Shown here piece after piece: positions 10,210-19,487 of a DNA stretch of 64,000 nucleotides; within the stretch, counting starts at the first letter, position 1, and the number at the start of each line of letters is the position of its first letter. Position numbers and translations under genes: made by a program. The DNA comes from a virus (taxonomy: Duplodnaviria > Heunggongvirae > Uroviricota > Caudoviricetes). The notes beneath the pieces were generated by a model. It worked only from the letters and a program-made list of their open reading frames with translations, was not told where the DNA came from and did not search any database. The DNA is taken from the IMG/VR virus record IMGVR_UViG_2541047860_000002. One strand, given 5' to 3'.

Positions 10210-10441
10210 ACAGAACGAAAAAGCTATCGCTCAAATTGCTGATTATATCCCGCGTGCGTGCCGGGGTATGCAGTTGCAGGAAGCCAAAGCGCGCCTGGAG
10301 AAAAAAATTGCGCTCTATATTGATGACGGCTGTGATGCTGCCGTTCTTAACGCGGCGTTCGCACCAGCTCTTAACAGTCATACTCGGGAGTCTTTTTTTT
10401 CGTGCATCGAAGCGCAACTCCGCAAAGGAGGCAACCAGTGA
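10202..10441 (+). CDS. hypothetical protein
   Basis: 79-aa ORF; stop overlaps next start (GTGA). Confidence 0.4.
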   Translation: MFKQNEKAIAQIADYIPRACRGMQLQEAKARLEKKIALYIDDGCDAAVLNAAFAPALNSHTRESFFSCIEAQLRKGGNQ

Positions 10442-11163
10442 GCCAGATTGATTATCAAAAGCTTCGTGAAATCGCTGAAAAAACAAAAATTGCCGGTGAA
10501 GCACCTGTAATGCCTTTCGATCAGCGAATTAATGCGCTTAACGATTTTATGAAGCACTTTTCGCCAGATATCGCGCTGGCATTGTTGGATGAACGGGAAA
10601 GAAACCAGCAATACATCAAACGCCGCGACCAGGAGAACGAGGATATTGCGCTTACGGTTGGGAGGCTGCGCGTTGAGCTGGAAGGCAAAGACAGCAAAAT
10701 AGCCAATCTTACCGCCGAACGCGATGCTCTTCGTGAAGGTGAGATGGGCGACGCTAGGCATAGCAACACACGGGCCGCAGCTGATATCTACTTCCAACTG
10801 GTCGAGGAATGCGAAATTCCTGCTGGCGGATCTCTGGTCGAGTACGTTGACGATATGCGCGAGAAGCTGGAAGCCGCAGAGAAGCGCATTGCAGAACTGG
10901 AAGCACGGGAAATAAAACCAGCCAAAGGCGAAGTTCTTGTCGTTGTCTCTGGTTTTACTGGTTGCGGGAAAAGCGCCATTGCCGGGGAAATAGAAATTGC
11001 GATGAAAGCTATTGGTGTGCCGGTTCAATGGACTAATGGCGATGCAGAAAAGCATATGACCGGCGCTGACTGGCTGACAGCGATTGAGATGTACAAACCA
11101 ACTGTGCGCATCGTGGAAGTTAATGTGCCACGCGCCGCTGGCATTCGCATCAAAGGAGAGTGA
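10438..11163 (+). CDS. Ea22-like coiled-coil protein
   Basis: GTG start after AAAGGAGG RBS; 241 aa with central coiled-coil heptads. Confidence 0.5.
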   Translation: MSQIDYQKLREIAEKTKIAGEAPVMPFDQRINALNDFMKHFSPDIALALLDERERNQQYIKRRDQENEDIALTVGRLRVELEGKDSKIANLTAERDALREGEMGDARHSNTRAAADIYFQLVEECEIPAGGSLVEYVDDMREKLEAAEKRIAELEAREIKPAKGEVLVVVSGFTGCGKSAIAGEIEIAMKAIGVPVQWTNGDAEKHMTGADWLTAIEMYKPTVRIVEVNVPRAAGIRIKGE

Positions 11164-11164
11164 T

Positions 11165-11359
11165 ATGGCAACCAACAACCGTAAAGCAAAGATTCTGTTA
11201 GTTCGTAGAAACGCTCCTGGCGTCTGGCAGTGGGTGAGACTCAGCAACCGACGGATGGGGTTGATGAAATATTACGGGATGATGGATTGTGGTTTTTGCA
11301 AAAAGCCCAGCGCGGCGCAAAACCGCTGGAAAAACCATTTGCGCACTAAAGGAGAGTGA
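11165..11359 (+). CDS. small hypothetical protein
   Basis: 64 aa from ATG preceded by the AAAGGAGAGTGAT cassette. Confidence 0.35.
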   Translation: MATNNRKAKILLVRRNAPGVWQWVRLSNRRMGLMKYYGMMDCGFCKKPSAAQNRWKNHLRTKGE

Positions 11360-11360
11360 T

Positions 11361-11570
11361 ATGGCTATTGCCGCAAGTTACACCATGCATCTCTATTGTG
11401 ACTGCCGCCAGTGTACGGAAGGTGTATATCCAGTGCCAGACTTCGGTGAGTATATCGGTACGTCATGGTCTGGTTGTGCAAAAGAGGCGCGCAAGGATGG
11501 CTGGCGCATAAGCAAAGACAAAACGCGTGCTTTTGCGCCCGGGCATAAAGTTTTGAGGATTAACAAATGA
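11361..11570 (+). CDS. small Cys-rich hypothetical protein
   Basis: 69 aa from ATG preceded by the same AAAGGAGAGTGAT cassette. Confidence 0.35.
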   Translation: MAIAASYTMHLYCDCRQCTEGVYPVPDFGEYIGTSWSGCAKEARKDGWRISKDKTRAFAPGHKVLRINK

Positions 11571-12733
11571 CCACTATTACCAAAGAGCGACTGCTGGCAA
11601 TCAAGCAGTGGCGCGAAACATACGGACCTGGTAGCAACGTTGTACTGCCAGCAGAAGAAGCGGAAGAACTGGCACGGATTGCTCTGGCAGCGCTGGAAGC
11701 TGAACCTGTTCTGTATCAGTCCTGCACTCGCCCCACTTGGAATAGCGGTGTTCCGTGGACGGAATGGAAAGAACGTAGTCGTGAGGGCTACGAAAACGAT
11801 TTGCGCTTTACAGACACGCCTGACCATGCCGGTTGGATAAACAAATGCCGAAAACAATATACCACTCCGCCAGTTCCGGTAATGCAGGCTGATGTCGCGC
11901 AAGCAATTGAAAACCTCAAGCAGAAGTTAGTGGAATGCAATCGCTATAACTACTGCGCAGATGCCGTTAAAGGTGTTGAGGATGCCAGCCGCGTCTTGGC
12001 ACTCCAAAATCAAAATATGTCAGCGCCGATAACGCCGGAGGCTATTGAAAACGCAATTGAATACATCCGCAGTATCGCTTTTCACATCAATGAAGACGAT
12101 TACCACGGCAAACATATTGCGTATTTCATGCGACAAGCATTGGCCTGGCTGGAAGGGCATTCATGCAGCAACGATAGACTGGGTAAAGCCGATAATCAAC
12201 CAGTACGCGGCAACCAGGCTGCCGAATCCAATCGCGGTAATGAGTGGACCGGCAATCCTGATATTGATAACGCCATCATCATGCTCGATCGCATAGATAC
12301 TCTGGAAAATTGCGATGATGACCGTATTGAGGCTGTTAAGGCCGTTTTGCGTAGACTGGCTGGCAACTATCCGGATATTCCGGATAGTTCGGTGCCAGCG
12401 CCAGGAAAGGGCGTCACCGGTGAACGTATCCGAATTAAGCCGCATGTTTATCGCGAACTGGTTAACCGTCTCCACGATACAGCGATCAAGTGTGCTGGCA
12501 CCCAGCAATTACGAGAAAGAATTAGCCGTGTTTTAGGCGACGTTATTACGCCAGATCATCATAAACAAGCCGAGAAAAGTGGCTTGGAAAGGTGTCACCT
12601 TGAGGCGGCATTAAACATTAAGCCGGGGCATACACTTGGCATTATTGATGCACTATTGGTTCATAAGATGGCCAGGGCTTTATTGCCGCTGGTGGCTGAA
12701 AAGCATGAGGTGGACCATGCCAACGAAAGCTGA
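11567..12733 (+). CDS. hypothetical protein
   Basis: 388 aa; C-terminal YRELVN.L.D.AI.C.GT.QLR.R module shared with the ORF at 5206-5829. Confidence 0.5.
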   Translation: MTTITKERLLAIKQWRETYGPGSNVVLPAEEAEELARIALAALEAEPVLYQSCTRPTWNSGVPWTEWKERSREGYENDLRFTDTPDHAGWINKCRKQYTTPPVPVMQADVAQAIENLKQKLVECNRYNYCADAVKGVEDASRVLALQNQNMSAPITPEAIENAIEYIRSIAFHINEDDYHGKHIAYFMRQALAWLEGHSCSNDRLGKADNQPVRGNQAAESNRGNEWTGNPDIDNAIIMLDRIDTLENCDDDRIEAVKAVLRRLAGNYPDIPDSSVPAPGKGVTGERIRIKPHVYRELVNRLHDTAIKCAGTQQLRERISRVLGDVITPDHHKQAEKSGLERCHLEAALNIKPGHTLGIIDALLVHKMARALLPLVAEKHEVDHANES

Positions 12734-13001
12734 ATTACAGGTGCGCGTAGATGAGCTTGAAAAAGAGAACGCGAGCCTCAAAAAAATGCTGTCGCGGGCG
12801 GAAAGGGAATTATCAGGCAAATTATTGCCAGAAGAACTGCCACCAGCAGATATACCTGATCGAGTGTCCTGGTGGATGAAGTATTTCCGTGCACCGTGGG
12901 AGGCGTTTTGGTGCTACCACCATCGCAGATGGTGTGATGAACTTGATAGCAGTTTTCCCTACTTTGCGGAAGGGAACACCTGCCCTCAATGCAGGGGATA
13001 G
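12717..13001 (+). CDS. hypothetical coiled-coil protein
   Basis: Internal ATG of track ORF 12636-13001. Confidence 0.35.
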   Translation: MPTKAELQVRVDELEKENASLKKMLSRAERELSGKLLPEELPPADIPDRVSWWMKYFRAPWEAFWCYHHRRWCDELDSSFPYFAEGNTCPQCRG

Positions 13002-13336
13002 CATTTGACGAAATCGATCACCCTATCCTGAACTTCAGAAAGAAGGTCTTTTTCACGCGCCAGGACGTCAGGATATTGACGTTCTGGCCTTACCAGATGC
13101 CGGAGCTTCCCATTAAGCAGAATGGCCTCAGAAAACACTTTTACGCTGTGCTTTATCCCCTCTGTTTCACTTTTCAGCGTCAAAATAAAGCGCAATTGCT
13201 TATTAGCCTGATTCAGATTCAATACACGAATTTGCAGTTCGTCTATGCTGTTTCGCAATGGGATTGATGCCACCACACTGGTGCAGTCTCTGATTGTCTG
13301 AATTGAACGGCTAACATTGAGAACGTTGTTGTGCAT
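12986..13336 (-). CDS. hypothetical protein
   Basis: 116-aa AT-rich ORF divergent from the humD-like gene. Confidence 0.4.
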   Translation of the reverse strand: MHNNVLNVSRSIQTIRDCTSVVASIPLRNSIDELQIRVLNLNQANKQLRFILTLKSETEGIKHSVKVFSEAILLNGKLRHLVRPERQYPDVLAREKDLLSEVQDRVIDFVKCYPLH

Positions 13337-13488
13337 GTGCCCGATCCACTAACTCCTGGAGGTTTCTTGTGTCAGATCGAAATATAGCAGCTAAAAGCCA
13401 GGAAGAGCGAGACAAGGTGAACGTAGACCTTGCCGCCAGCGGTGTTGCTTACAAACCCCGCTTTCACAAACTATGCCTTTTCAATGTA

Positions 13489-13508
13489 TACTGTATGAAT
13501 AAACAGTA
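13489..13508. promoter_or_regulatory. LexA box (SOS operator)
   Basis: TACTGTATGAATAAACAGTA matches CTGT-N8-ACAG; about 20 bp upstream of the humD-like start. Confidence 0.7.
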
Positions 13509-13526
13509 TCATTGAGGTAAAACGCT

Positions 13527-13916
13527 ATGGGCTTCCCTTCTCCTGCGGCGGATTATGTTGAAAGCCGAATTTCTCTTGATCAACAACTAATCAGGCATCC
13601 ATCAGCAACCTACTTCATGCGGGCAGCTGATAGCCATCACCGTGAGGGAATATTGCAGGGTGCTTTGCTGGTGGTTGATTCTTCGCTTACTCCAGTTGAT
13701 GGTTCGCTGCTTGTGTGCGCTATGGAGGGTGAATATCGCATAAAGAGATACAGGAAGTATCCGCGCCAGCACCTGGAGGATTTAAGCACCGGGAAGAAAG
13801 AGGCGTTACCAGTAGATGACGATGGATACACGGGCAGTAATGCTGTTTTTGGTGTGATCACCCACATTATCAATGACGCCAGGGGCGGTGAATTTGATGA
13901 TAGTCCTGCTATATGA
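13527..13916 (+). CDS. humD: UmuD-prime homologue (HumD-like)
   Basis: 129 aa starting directly at the GFPSPAADYVE motif, i.e. the post-cleavage form of UmuD; Ser and Lys dyad positions look conserved; LexA box upstream; no umuC-like gene follows. Confidence 0.75.
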   Translation: MGFPSPAADYVESRISLDQQLIRHPSATYFMRAADSHHREGILQGALLVVDSSLTPVDGSLLVCAMEGEYRIKRYRKYPRQHLEDLSTGKKEALPVDDDGYTGSNAVFGVITHIINDARGGEFDDSPAI

Positions 13917-14050
13917 TTTGTTTTCAGAGAAACCATAGAGAGGCATGACTGGATCTATATCGCCCTGGCCATTTAAATGATTCCTCCCATTAGACGCGGT
14001 TACTCACTTGAAGATAAGATGAGGTTATAATTCTCTTTTTAGGTACGCGA

Positions 14051-14473
14051 ATGAGTTCGTCTGCTTTTGTCACTGTTGTCACTGGAGTAAGCGTTTTTGT
14101 CCTAGGTCGACTCATCATCAAGGGGGTTGAGTCTTACATTTCATTCAAGGAACAGTTGGGGGAAATATCGCATCTGTTATTGTCTAACCAAGCAAAGCTA
14201 TCGAATCCCCGCTCTGACTTAAAACAAGAAATCATCCATGATTTGAAAGATGCGGCAGCACAGTTACGGGTGAAGTACGAACTATTACCTTTCTATATCA
14301 AAATGTTACACATCGGTTTTCGCCTTGTTCCATCAGAAACTGAAATTCGTAAAGCGGCGCAAGAATTGAATCTGATAGCCTCGATACATGACGGTAAAAC
14401 CGGAGAGCTGCCATATGAGCACATAGCCAAGATTGGATTACTGCTCAGAATTCCAACCACTTATTCTGCTTAA
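14051..14473 (+). CDS. hypothetical membrane-anchored protein
   Basis: 140 aa with a single N-terminal hydrophobic helix; AT-rich. Confidence 0.45.
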   Translation: MSSSAFVTVVTGVSVFVLGRLIIKGVESYISFKEQLGEISHLLLSNQAKLSNPRSDLKQEIIHDLKDAAAQLRVKYELLPFYIKMLHIGFRLVPSETEIRKAAQELNLIASIHDGKTGELPYEHIAKIGLLLRIPTTYSA

Positions 14474-14575
14474 TCCCAGCAATTGCAAGACTGCATCTCG
14501 AGGATTTAAGGCACCAAGAAGTGGTATTCAGCATCATTAAAACCTATAATTGCGTACACATAACGAGCACACGAG

Positions 14576-14803
14576 GTGTTTATGCAATCCATTAACTTCC
14601 GTACCGCGCGCGGCAACCTTTCTGAAGTGCTCAACAATGTTGAAGCCGGGGAAGAGGTTGAAATCACCCGCAGAGGCCGTGAGCCAGCAGTAATTGTTAG
14701 CAAGGCTACTTTTGAAGCCTACAAAAAAGCGGCGCTGGATGCCGAATTTGCATCCCTGTTTGACACCCTGGACTCCACCAACAAGGAACTGGTTAACCGA
14801 TAA
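14576..14803 (+). CDS. phd: Phd antitoxin (Phd/YefM family)
   Basis: Sequence matches P1 Phd as I recall it; true start probably the ATG at 14582; stop overlaps the doc start. Confidence 0.9.
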
Positions 14804-15183
14804 TGAGGCATATATCACCGGAAGAACTTATTGCGCTTCATGATGCGAATATAAGCCGCTACGGTGGCCTGCCGGGAATGTCAGATCCGGGTAGGGCAGA
14901 GGCCATTATCGGGAGAGTTCAGGCCAGAGTTGCCTACGAAGAGATCAGCGACCTTTTCGAAGTCTCCGCCACCTACCTGGTGGCTACAGCGAGAGGGCAT
15001 ATATTCAATGATGCCAATAAGCGTACCGCGCTAAACAGTGCGCTGCTATTTCTACGCCGTAACGGGGTGCAGGTATTTGATTCACCTGAACTGGCAGACC
15101 TTACTGTAGGCGCTGCGACTGGCGAGATATCTGTATCTTCTGTCGCCGACACGTTACGTAGATTGTATGGTTCTGCGGAGTAG
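14803..15183 (+). CDS. doc: Doc toxin (Fic-fold kinase)
   Basis: 126 aa matching P1 Doc as I recall it; immediately downstream of phd. Confidence 0.9.
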
Positions 15184-15187
15184 ATTA

Positions 15188-15385
15188 ATGGCACGTAAAT
15201 ACAACAAGTTGTCCCGTGAAGCGTTAAAGATGCTTCTTGATGGCGTGAGTCGCCGCGAGGTAAAGCAATACCTGGTTGGTAAGCAAATTGGTGCCAGGAC
15301 CGCTATTGCTGTGTTATGCCGTCAGGAAATGGTTGTGCTTAAACAGAGAATGCTTGGTAGCAGACAAAGTGCTTCCAGTATTTGA
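15188..15385 (+). CDS. small hypothetical protein
   Basis: Internal ATG of track ORF 15167-15385; basic 65-aa product. Confidence 0.3.
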   Translation: MARKYNKLSREALKMLLDGVSRREVKQYLVGKQIGARTAIAVLCRQEMVVLKQRMLGSRQSASSI

Positions 15386-15390
15386 AAAGA

Positions 15391-15417
15391 AGCCCGCCAT
15401 ACCAAGCGGGCTTTTTG
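15391..15417. terminator. bidirectional rho-independent terminator
   Basis: AGCCCGC-CATACCAA-GCGGGCT hairpin followed by a T-run, between convergent genes. Confidence 0.6.
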
Positions 15418-16194
15418 TTATTTCACCTCTTCTGCCGCTGTATCATTGGACTGTTCTTCTTTGGCCCGTTCTGCAATCGCCGCACGGCATTTCGCCCTGG
15501 CTGTAGCGATTGCTTCTGCTCGCACATCGTCTGGAATCGTTGACGTGATATACATATCCAGTTCTTCGGCACGGAATACTGTTTGGTCCAGATATTCGCG
15601 TAGCATCCAAGTAAATTCGAAATCACACGCGATAATCTCTGCGCTACCTTCTGCACCATTTGGGAAATGAATAAATGCCTGTTTAGCCAAACCGATAACA
15701 CGACATGCGGTTGCCAAAACAGCGACAACCAGGTTTACATTTTCACACGCTACGGGCTGATTAACGCCGGAGATTACTCCATTTAACTGTCGGTTATATG
15801 GAAGGTAGTTTGAGATGCGTTCTACGCGCCATGTGCCAGTCAGGCTGCCATTCTTAAAGATAATTGGTGTAACGGATAGCCCAAGCTCGCGTATAAGTCG
15901 TTGCGCTATAGCAGGATCATTAAACATGTCTAATGCTACACATTCGAAAGACTGTGCAAGGGTAAACAGTTCTTCCAGAGAGTAGTCTTTGCCCCTGGCG
16001 GTGATGTAACGATGAACGCCGCTTTCTGCATCGCTCCATATAGCTACGCCATGCTCTTCATTCAGCTCTTCATTAAAGCCGAGATACGTCATGATAGTAC
16101 GTTCAATCGTGTCAAACGGCAGTGACATGTCGGCGTTAACAGCCACCAGCAGGCCATTACGCAAGCGGTATTGAATTGCTTTAGTATTTTCCAC
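15418..16194 (-). CDS. hypothetical protein
   Basis: 258 aa, no recognised motif; first gene-distal member of the minus-strand operon ending at 18201. Confidence 0.5.
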   Translation of the reverse strand: MENTKAIQYRLRNGLLVAVNADMSLPFDTIERTIMTYLGFNEELNEEHGVAIWSDAESGVHRYITARGKDYSLEELFTLAQSFECVALDMFNDPAIAQRLIRELGLSVTPIIFKNGSLTGTWRVERISNYLPYNRQLNGVISGVNQPVACENVNLVVAVLATACRVIGLAKQAFIHFPNGAEGSAEIIACDFEFTWMLREYLDQTVFRAEELDMYITSTIPDDVRAEAIATARAKCRAAIAERAKEEQSNDTAAEEVK

Positions 16195-16200
16195 GTTAAA

Positions 16201-16878
16201 TCACTCCACTACAAACCAGTCACATGCCAGTAAGTCGCCTACAGAAGGAACCCACGGAACAACTACACCTTGTGCATTTTTTAAGGCGAAATAAGCACCA
16301 TACGGAACGAGGTCGCCGGGGAAATATCCCTTAATGGCTTCCATTCGTGCCGGGTACTGTCCTTCAGGAACCAGCCAGCAGAATTGGTTTTCGCCGTTCC
16401 ACCCGCGTCGAGCAACTTTCTTGCCATCCTTCAGCCACATCAGCGCGTCAGAAAAGTCGGCTGCTTCAAGGTCGATTTCTTCTTGCTGGGTGGTGATGCC
16501 ACCAGCAGAAATAGTTACGCTCCCGGTAAGATTAATCATCACGCCGTTGTCATCCGTAATGATGACCGTGGTTCCATTTTTGGAGGCGTCGTTAACCAGG
16601 CCATAGCGTTCCTCAAATGGTTTCTCCGGGGCATAGAACAGATAACCGTTTTCATAAACGATCAGATACCCGCCAGTTTTTGGTCGGTGTTTTTGTAAAA
16701 ACATTGCGTCAACACAAACTGTTGCCCCTTTTGGTTCAACGAGTTCGATGCAGCCCCAAAGTGGGGCATCAGTTACTCCGAAAATAACAACATTTTTGAT
16801 TTTCGATGCACTAACGTTTTTGTGAGCTTTGTATTTGGGAAGGAACTTAAAAAGCTCTTTCGTTGCCATGTTATTCAT
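16201..16878 (-). CDS. two-domain protein with C-terminal DUF2829 (Tad2-like) domain
   Basis: 225 aa; C-terminus FSDALMWLKDGKKVARRGWNG ... PWVPSVGDLLACDWFVVE matches the DUF2829 signature; N-terminal ~140 aa unassigned. Confidence 0.6.
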   Translation of the reverse strand: MNNMATKELFKFLPKYKAHKNVSASKIKNVVIFGVTDAPLWGCIELVEPKGATVCVDAMFLQKHRPKTGGYLIVYENGYLFYAPEKPFEERYGLVNDASKNGTTVIITDDNGVMINLTGSVTISAGGITTQQEEIDLEAADFSDALMWLKDGKKVARRGWNGENQFCWLVPEGQYPARMEAIKGYFPGDLVPYGAYFALKNAQGVVVPWVPSVGDLLACDWFVVE

Positions 16879-16892
16879 AGTCTTTTCTCTGC

Positions 16893-17387
16893 TTATAACT
16901 TTTCGTACTGAAGCGGTGAACGCTTAATTTCAAAGTGGCCTTCCGATGTGCTACCAAAGCCACCAGCACCACGTTCCGTTTCGTTGAGTTCCTCAACCTC
17001 GACTAGTGAGACTTGTTCAACTCGTTCAAAAATTCCTTGCATGACAGCCATTCCAGGCTTGAGACAAACGCCTTCCCCGCCGGGATCAGTAATCAGTTTT
17101 GCCATGATTTCGCCGCGATAATCGGAGTCGATAATTCCTACGCAGTTAGCCAGGCGAGTATGTTTTTTGCAGCCCAATCCGGATCGCGGATAGAGTTTCA
17201 GACACCAGCCGGGCGGGATCTCCATAGCCAGTCCGGTATACACCCACCAGCTTGAGGAAATTGCACCATTGCTATCGACGCATGGTTTTATTTCAACAGC
17301 CTCAAAATCCATCGCCGCCGATCCGGAGGTGGCATAAGCTGGAAGTTTTGCTGCCGGATGTAGGCGTTTCACTTTTACGTAAATCAT
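16893..17387 (-). CDS. dut: dUTP diphosphatase
   Basis: 164 aa with trimeric dUTPase motifs (AMDF, GIIDSDYRGE, RG.GGFGSTS). Confidence 0.9.
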   Translation of the reverse strand: MIYVKVKRLHPAAKLPAYATSGSAAMDFEAVEIKPCVDSNGAISSSWWVYTGLAMEIPPGWCLKLYPRSGLGCKKHTRLANCVGIIDSDYRGEIMAKLITDPGGEGVCLKPGMAVMQGIFERVEQVSLVEVEELNETERGAGGFGSTSEGHFEIKRSPLQYEKL

Positions 17388-17860
17388 TGTTTTTTAGCTC
17401 TCTGCGTGAAGGTGTAAACCCGACGTTTGATATGTGGAACGGTAGGAACAGGAAGACAGGAACTTTCAATAACTCCTTGCTCCTCCAGCGATCGCACCGC
17501 CCGCAAGAACTGCGACGTGTCGCCGCCAAACTGGCGGGCATAGGTGCTGCCGTTATGAAGTATTTGAGCTATTACCCGAGCTTTTGTCTGGCTGTCACGA
17601 TATGCGAATAGCCGCACGGCCTCTTCTGGCGCAATCGCTAACTGATAGCCTTTCCCGGCACGGTGTCGAATGAATCCATGCGCCAGTAGGTTTTTGAGTT
17701 CGTTACGAGTGCGAACAGATCCGTAATCCAGGAAGTGTGGATTGATAACGACTGGCTTAAACCATTCCGTAGGTGCTTTAGCTAATAGAGCTAACAGCTT
17801 CCCGGATAATTCTGGATAGGAAGACGGGTAACAATTCAGAGATGTGTAATAAGTTTTCAC
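17384..17860 (-). CDS. hypothetical protein
   Basis: 158 aa, translationally coupled to dut. Confidence 0.45.
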   Translation of the reverse strand: MKTYYTSLNCYPSSYPELSGKLLALLAKAPTEWFKPVVINPHFLDYGSVRTRNELKNLLAHGFIRHRAGKGYQLAIAPEEAVRLFAYRDSQTKARVIAQILHNGSTYARQFGGDTSQFLRAVRSLEEQGVIESSCLPVPTVPHIKRRVYTFTQRAKKQ

Positions 17861-18201
17861 CGACGCCCCCTTGCAGGATAGCGACCTGCATTAGTATCCG
17901 GTGCAATAAAGCCGGTAGTGGGGCGAGTGAAAGCGAGATTAATCTTCTCGACCATAGTGCGATAATTTTCCTGATAGTGGGCCAGGAGTTTTTCGGCGGC
18001 AATGATGGTTACTTTCCGGACGTAGCTTTCTGCTTCCTCCAGATTTCGCCAGTTTTTTTCGAGGGTAAACACAGGGACGGCCTCAAGCCCGGTCATGATG
18101 CCGAACACAACGACAGCATGACTGTTCTTAACACCAGCGGCGAAGGTTACGGTGTAACCATCCACCTTAAAGCGTCTTGATTCCGTGATTTGACTCTGCA
18201 A
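17857..18201 (-). CDS. hypothetical protein
   Basis: 114 aa; first gene of the minus-strand operon; recurrent motif about 60 bp upstream. Confidence 0.4.
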   Translation of the reverse strand: MQSQITESRRFKVDGYTVTFAAGVKNSHAVVVFGIMTGLEAVPVFTLEKNWRNLEEAESYVRKVTIIAAEKLLAHYQENYRTMVEKINLAFTRPTTGFIAPDTNAGRYPARGRR

Positions 18202-18259
18202 AGCACCCTCCGAAATAGGCGAGGGTACTTTACAGCAAAGATAACAATCTAAAAAGATG

Positions 18260-18276
18260 TGTTAGAAATTTAATTT
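18260..18276 (+). promoter_or_regulatory. recurrent motif TGTTAGAAATTTAATTT
   Basis: Overlaps the stop codon of the recombinase gene; reads TTTCTAACA toward the 17857-18201 operon on the minus strand. Confidence 0.4.
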
Positions 18277-19303
18277 ATGAATCCATCAGGCGGCTATTAG
18301 CCCCCACAGACACGCCGCCACGGCGCAGATACCGCATAAGTGTTTCCGGTTTCTTCCAGGTTCCTTCCTGCATGATCTCCACCATAGACACCTGCTTTTC
18401 TGCCATATCGATAGCAGCCCCGACACGAGCACTATGCCCGGTCCACGTCCGGTATCTCCCCTTGTTTGGAGTGGCATCTCTTTTATTCAGCAACACCCAG
18501 GCGTCACTAAATATTTTCTCCATTGCAGGTGCAGTAAGGGGCGTTGTCGTAATCCTGGCCTTATTGCTACGGTGTATCGGCGGGAACAGCACCGCGTCAG
18601 GATGTTCACGAAGCCCGGAAACATCCAGCCAGTCATTCAGCACAGCAGTAGTGCGACGGGAAAGCACCTTATCAAGCCCGGCGGCGGTCGTTATTGTCTT
18701 CGTGTGTGAAATATGTAGCGTGACAGTGTCACCTGTTTGGTCCAGATCTCCTACACGAATACGCGAGATTTCAGACATGCGCATCAGCGTATTGTATGCA
18801 ACAAAGAGAAAAGCCCGGTTGCGCAGGTCCACCAGCCGTTCTGACCTGGACAACAGGACGTCGAGCAGTTTCAGATCGTCCCACCGCAGCGGTATAGCCT
18901 GGCCTGTTCGTTCGCCTTTTTCCGTTGCCGCTTCACGCCGGATGCGCCGCATAGCCAGAGAAACACTTTTATCATCCGAAAGTGGCGGAAGGCCACAATG
19001 CGAAAGCAGCATGTTCAGCATGGCGTAGTGCTTATCAATGGTGGTCGAAGCCAGATCAGCATCATGCAGCTGAAGAAAATACTCGCGGGCCATCTCTGGA
19101 GAGATCGGGAACCAGGCGAGCTGGCGAGCGTGACACCATCTCGCCCAGGAGTGAAACACTAACCGGAGATCGCGCAAAGTATTAGGCGCGTAAGCCCCCT
19201 GGTCATTCATGAACCGCATAAAGTTTTCTGCGGCCTCCTGGTACTCTTTGCCAATGTTGCGCAGAAAACCACTGGAGCTGCCAGAGATAATTAATTCACT
19301 CAT
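18275..19303 (-). CDS. dre: Cre-family tyrosine site-specific recombinase, Dre-like
   Basis: 342 aa colinear with Cre, including the catalytic region (HSARVGAA ... Y near C-terminus); adjacent 32-bp site matches the rox site I recall for Dre of phage D6. Confidence 0.85.
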   Translation of the reverse strand: MSELIISGSSSGFLRNIGKEYQEAAENFMRFMNDQGAYAPNTLRDLRLVFHSWARWCHARQLAWFPISPEMAREYFLQLHDADLASTTIDKHYAMLNMLLSHCGLPPLSDDKSVSLAMRRIRREAATEKGERTGQAIPLRWDDLKLLDVLLSRSERLVDLRNRAFLFVAYNTLMRMSEISRIRVGDLDQTGDTVTLHISHTKTITTAAGLDKVLSRRTTAVLNDWLDVSGLREHPDAVLFPPIHRSNKARITTTPLTAPAMEKIFSDAWVLLNKRDATPNKGRYRTWTGHSARVGAAIDMAEKQVSMVEIMQEGTWKKPETLMRYLRRGGVSVGANSRLMDS

Positions 19304-19455
19304 GAAACTATTTAACCTCTATATACAGATGACGCTACGCGAAAAATATAAAAATGACAGGGTAGCTATAAGTTAATTTTCAAGATTCAAACCTTTGATT
19401 CGAGGCACGTATTTTCAGTGATGTCAACACTGATCATCCACCCATGATTATAGCT

Positions 19456-19487
19456 TAACTTTAAATAATGCCAATTATTTAAAGTTA
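19456..19487. other. rox-like recombination target site (14-4-14 inverted repeat)
   Basis: TAACTTTAAATAAT-GCCA-ATTATTTAAAGTTA, perfect 14-bp arms, about 150 bp upstream of the recombinase start. Confidence 0.8.

Noticed and set aside
19456-19487. Possible loxP site
   Set aside because: The architecture is 14-4-14, not the 13-8-13 of loxP, and the arm sequence differs; it fits rox instead.
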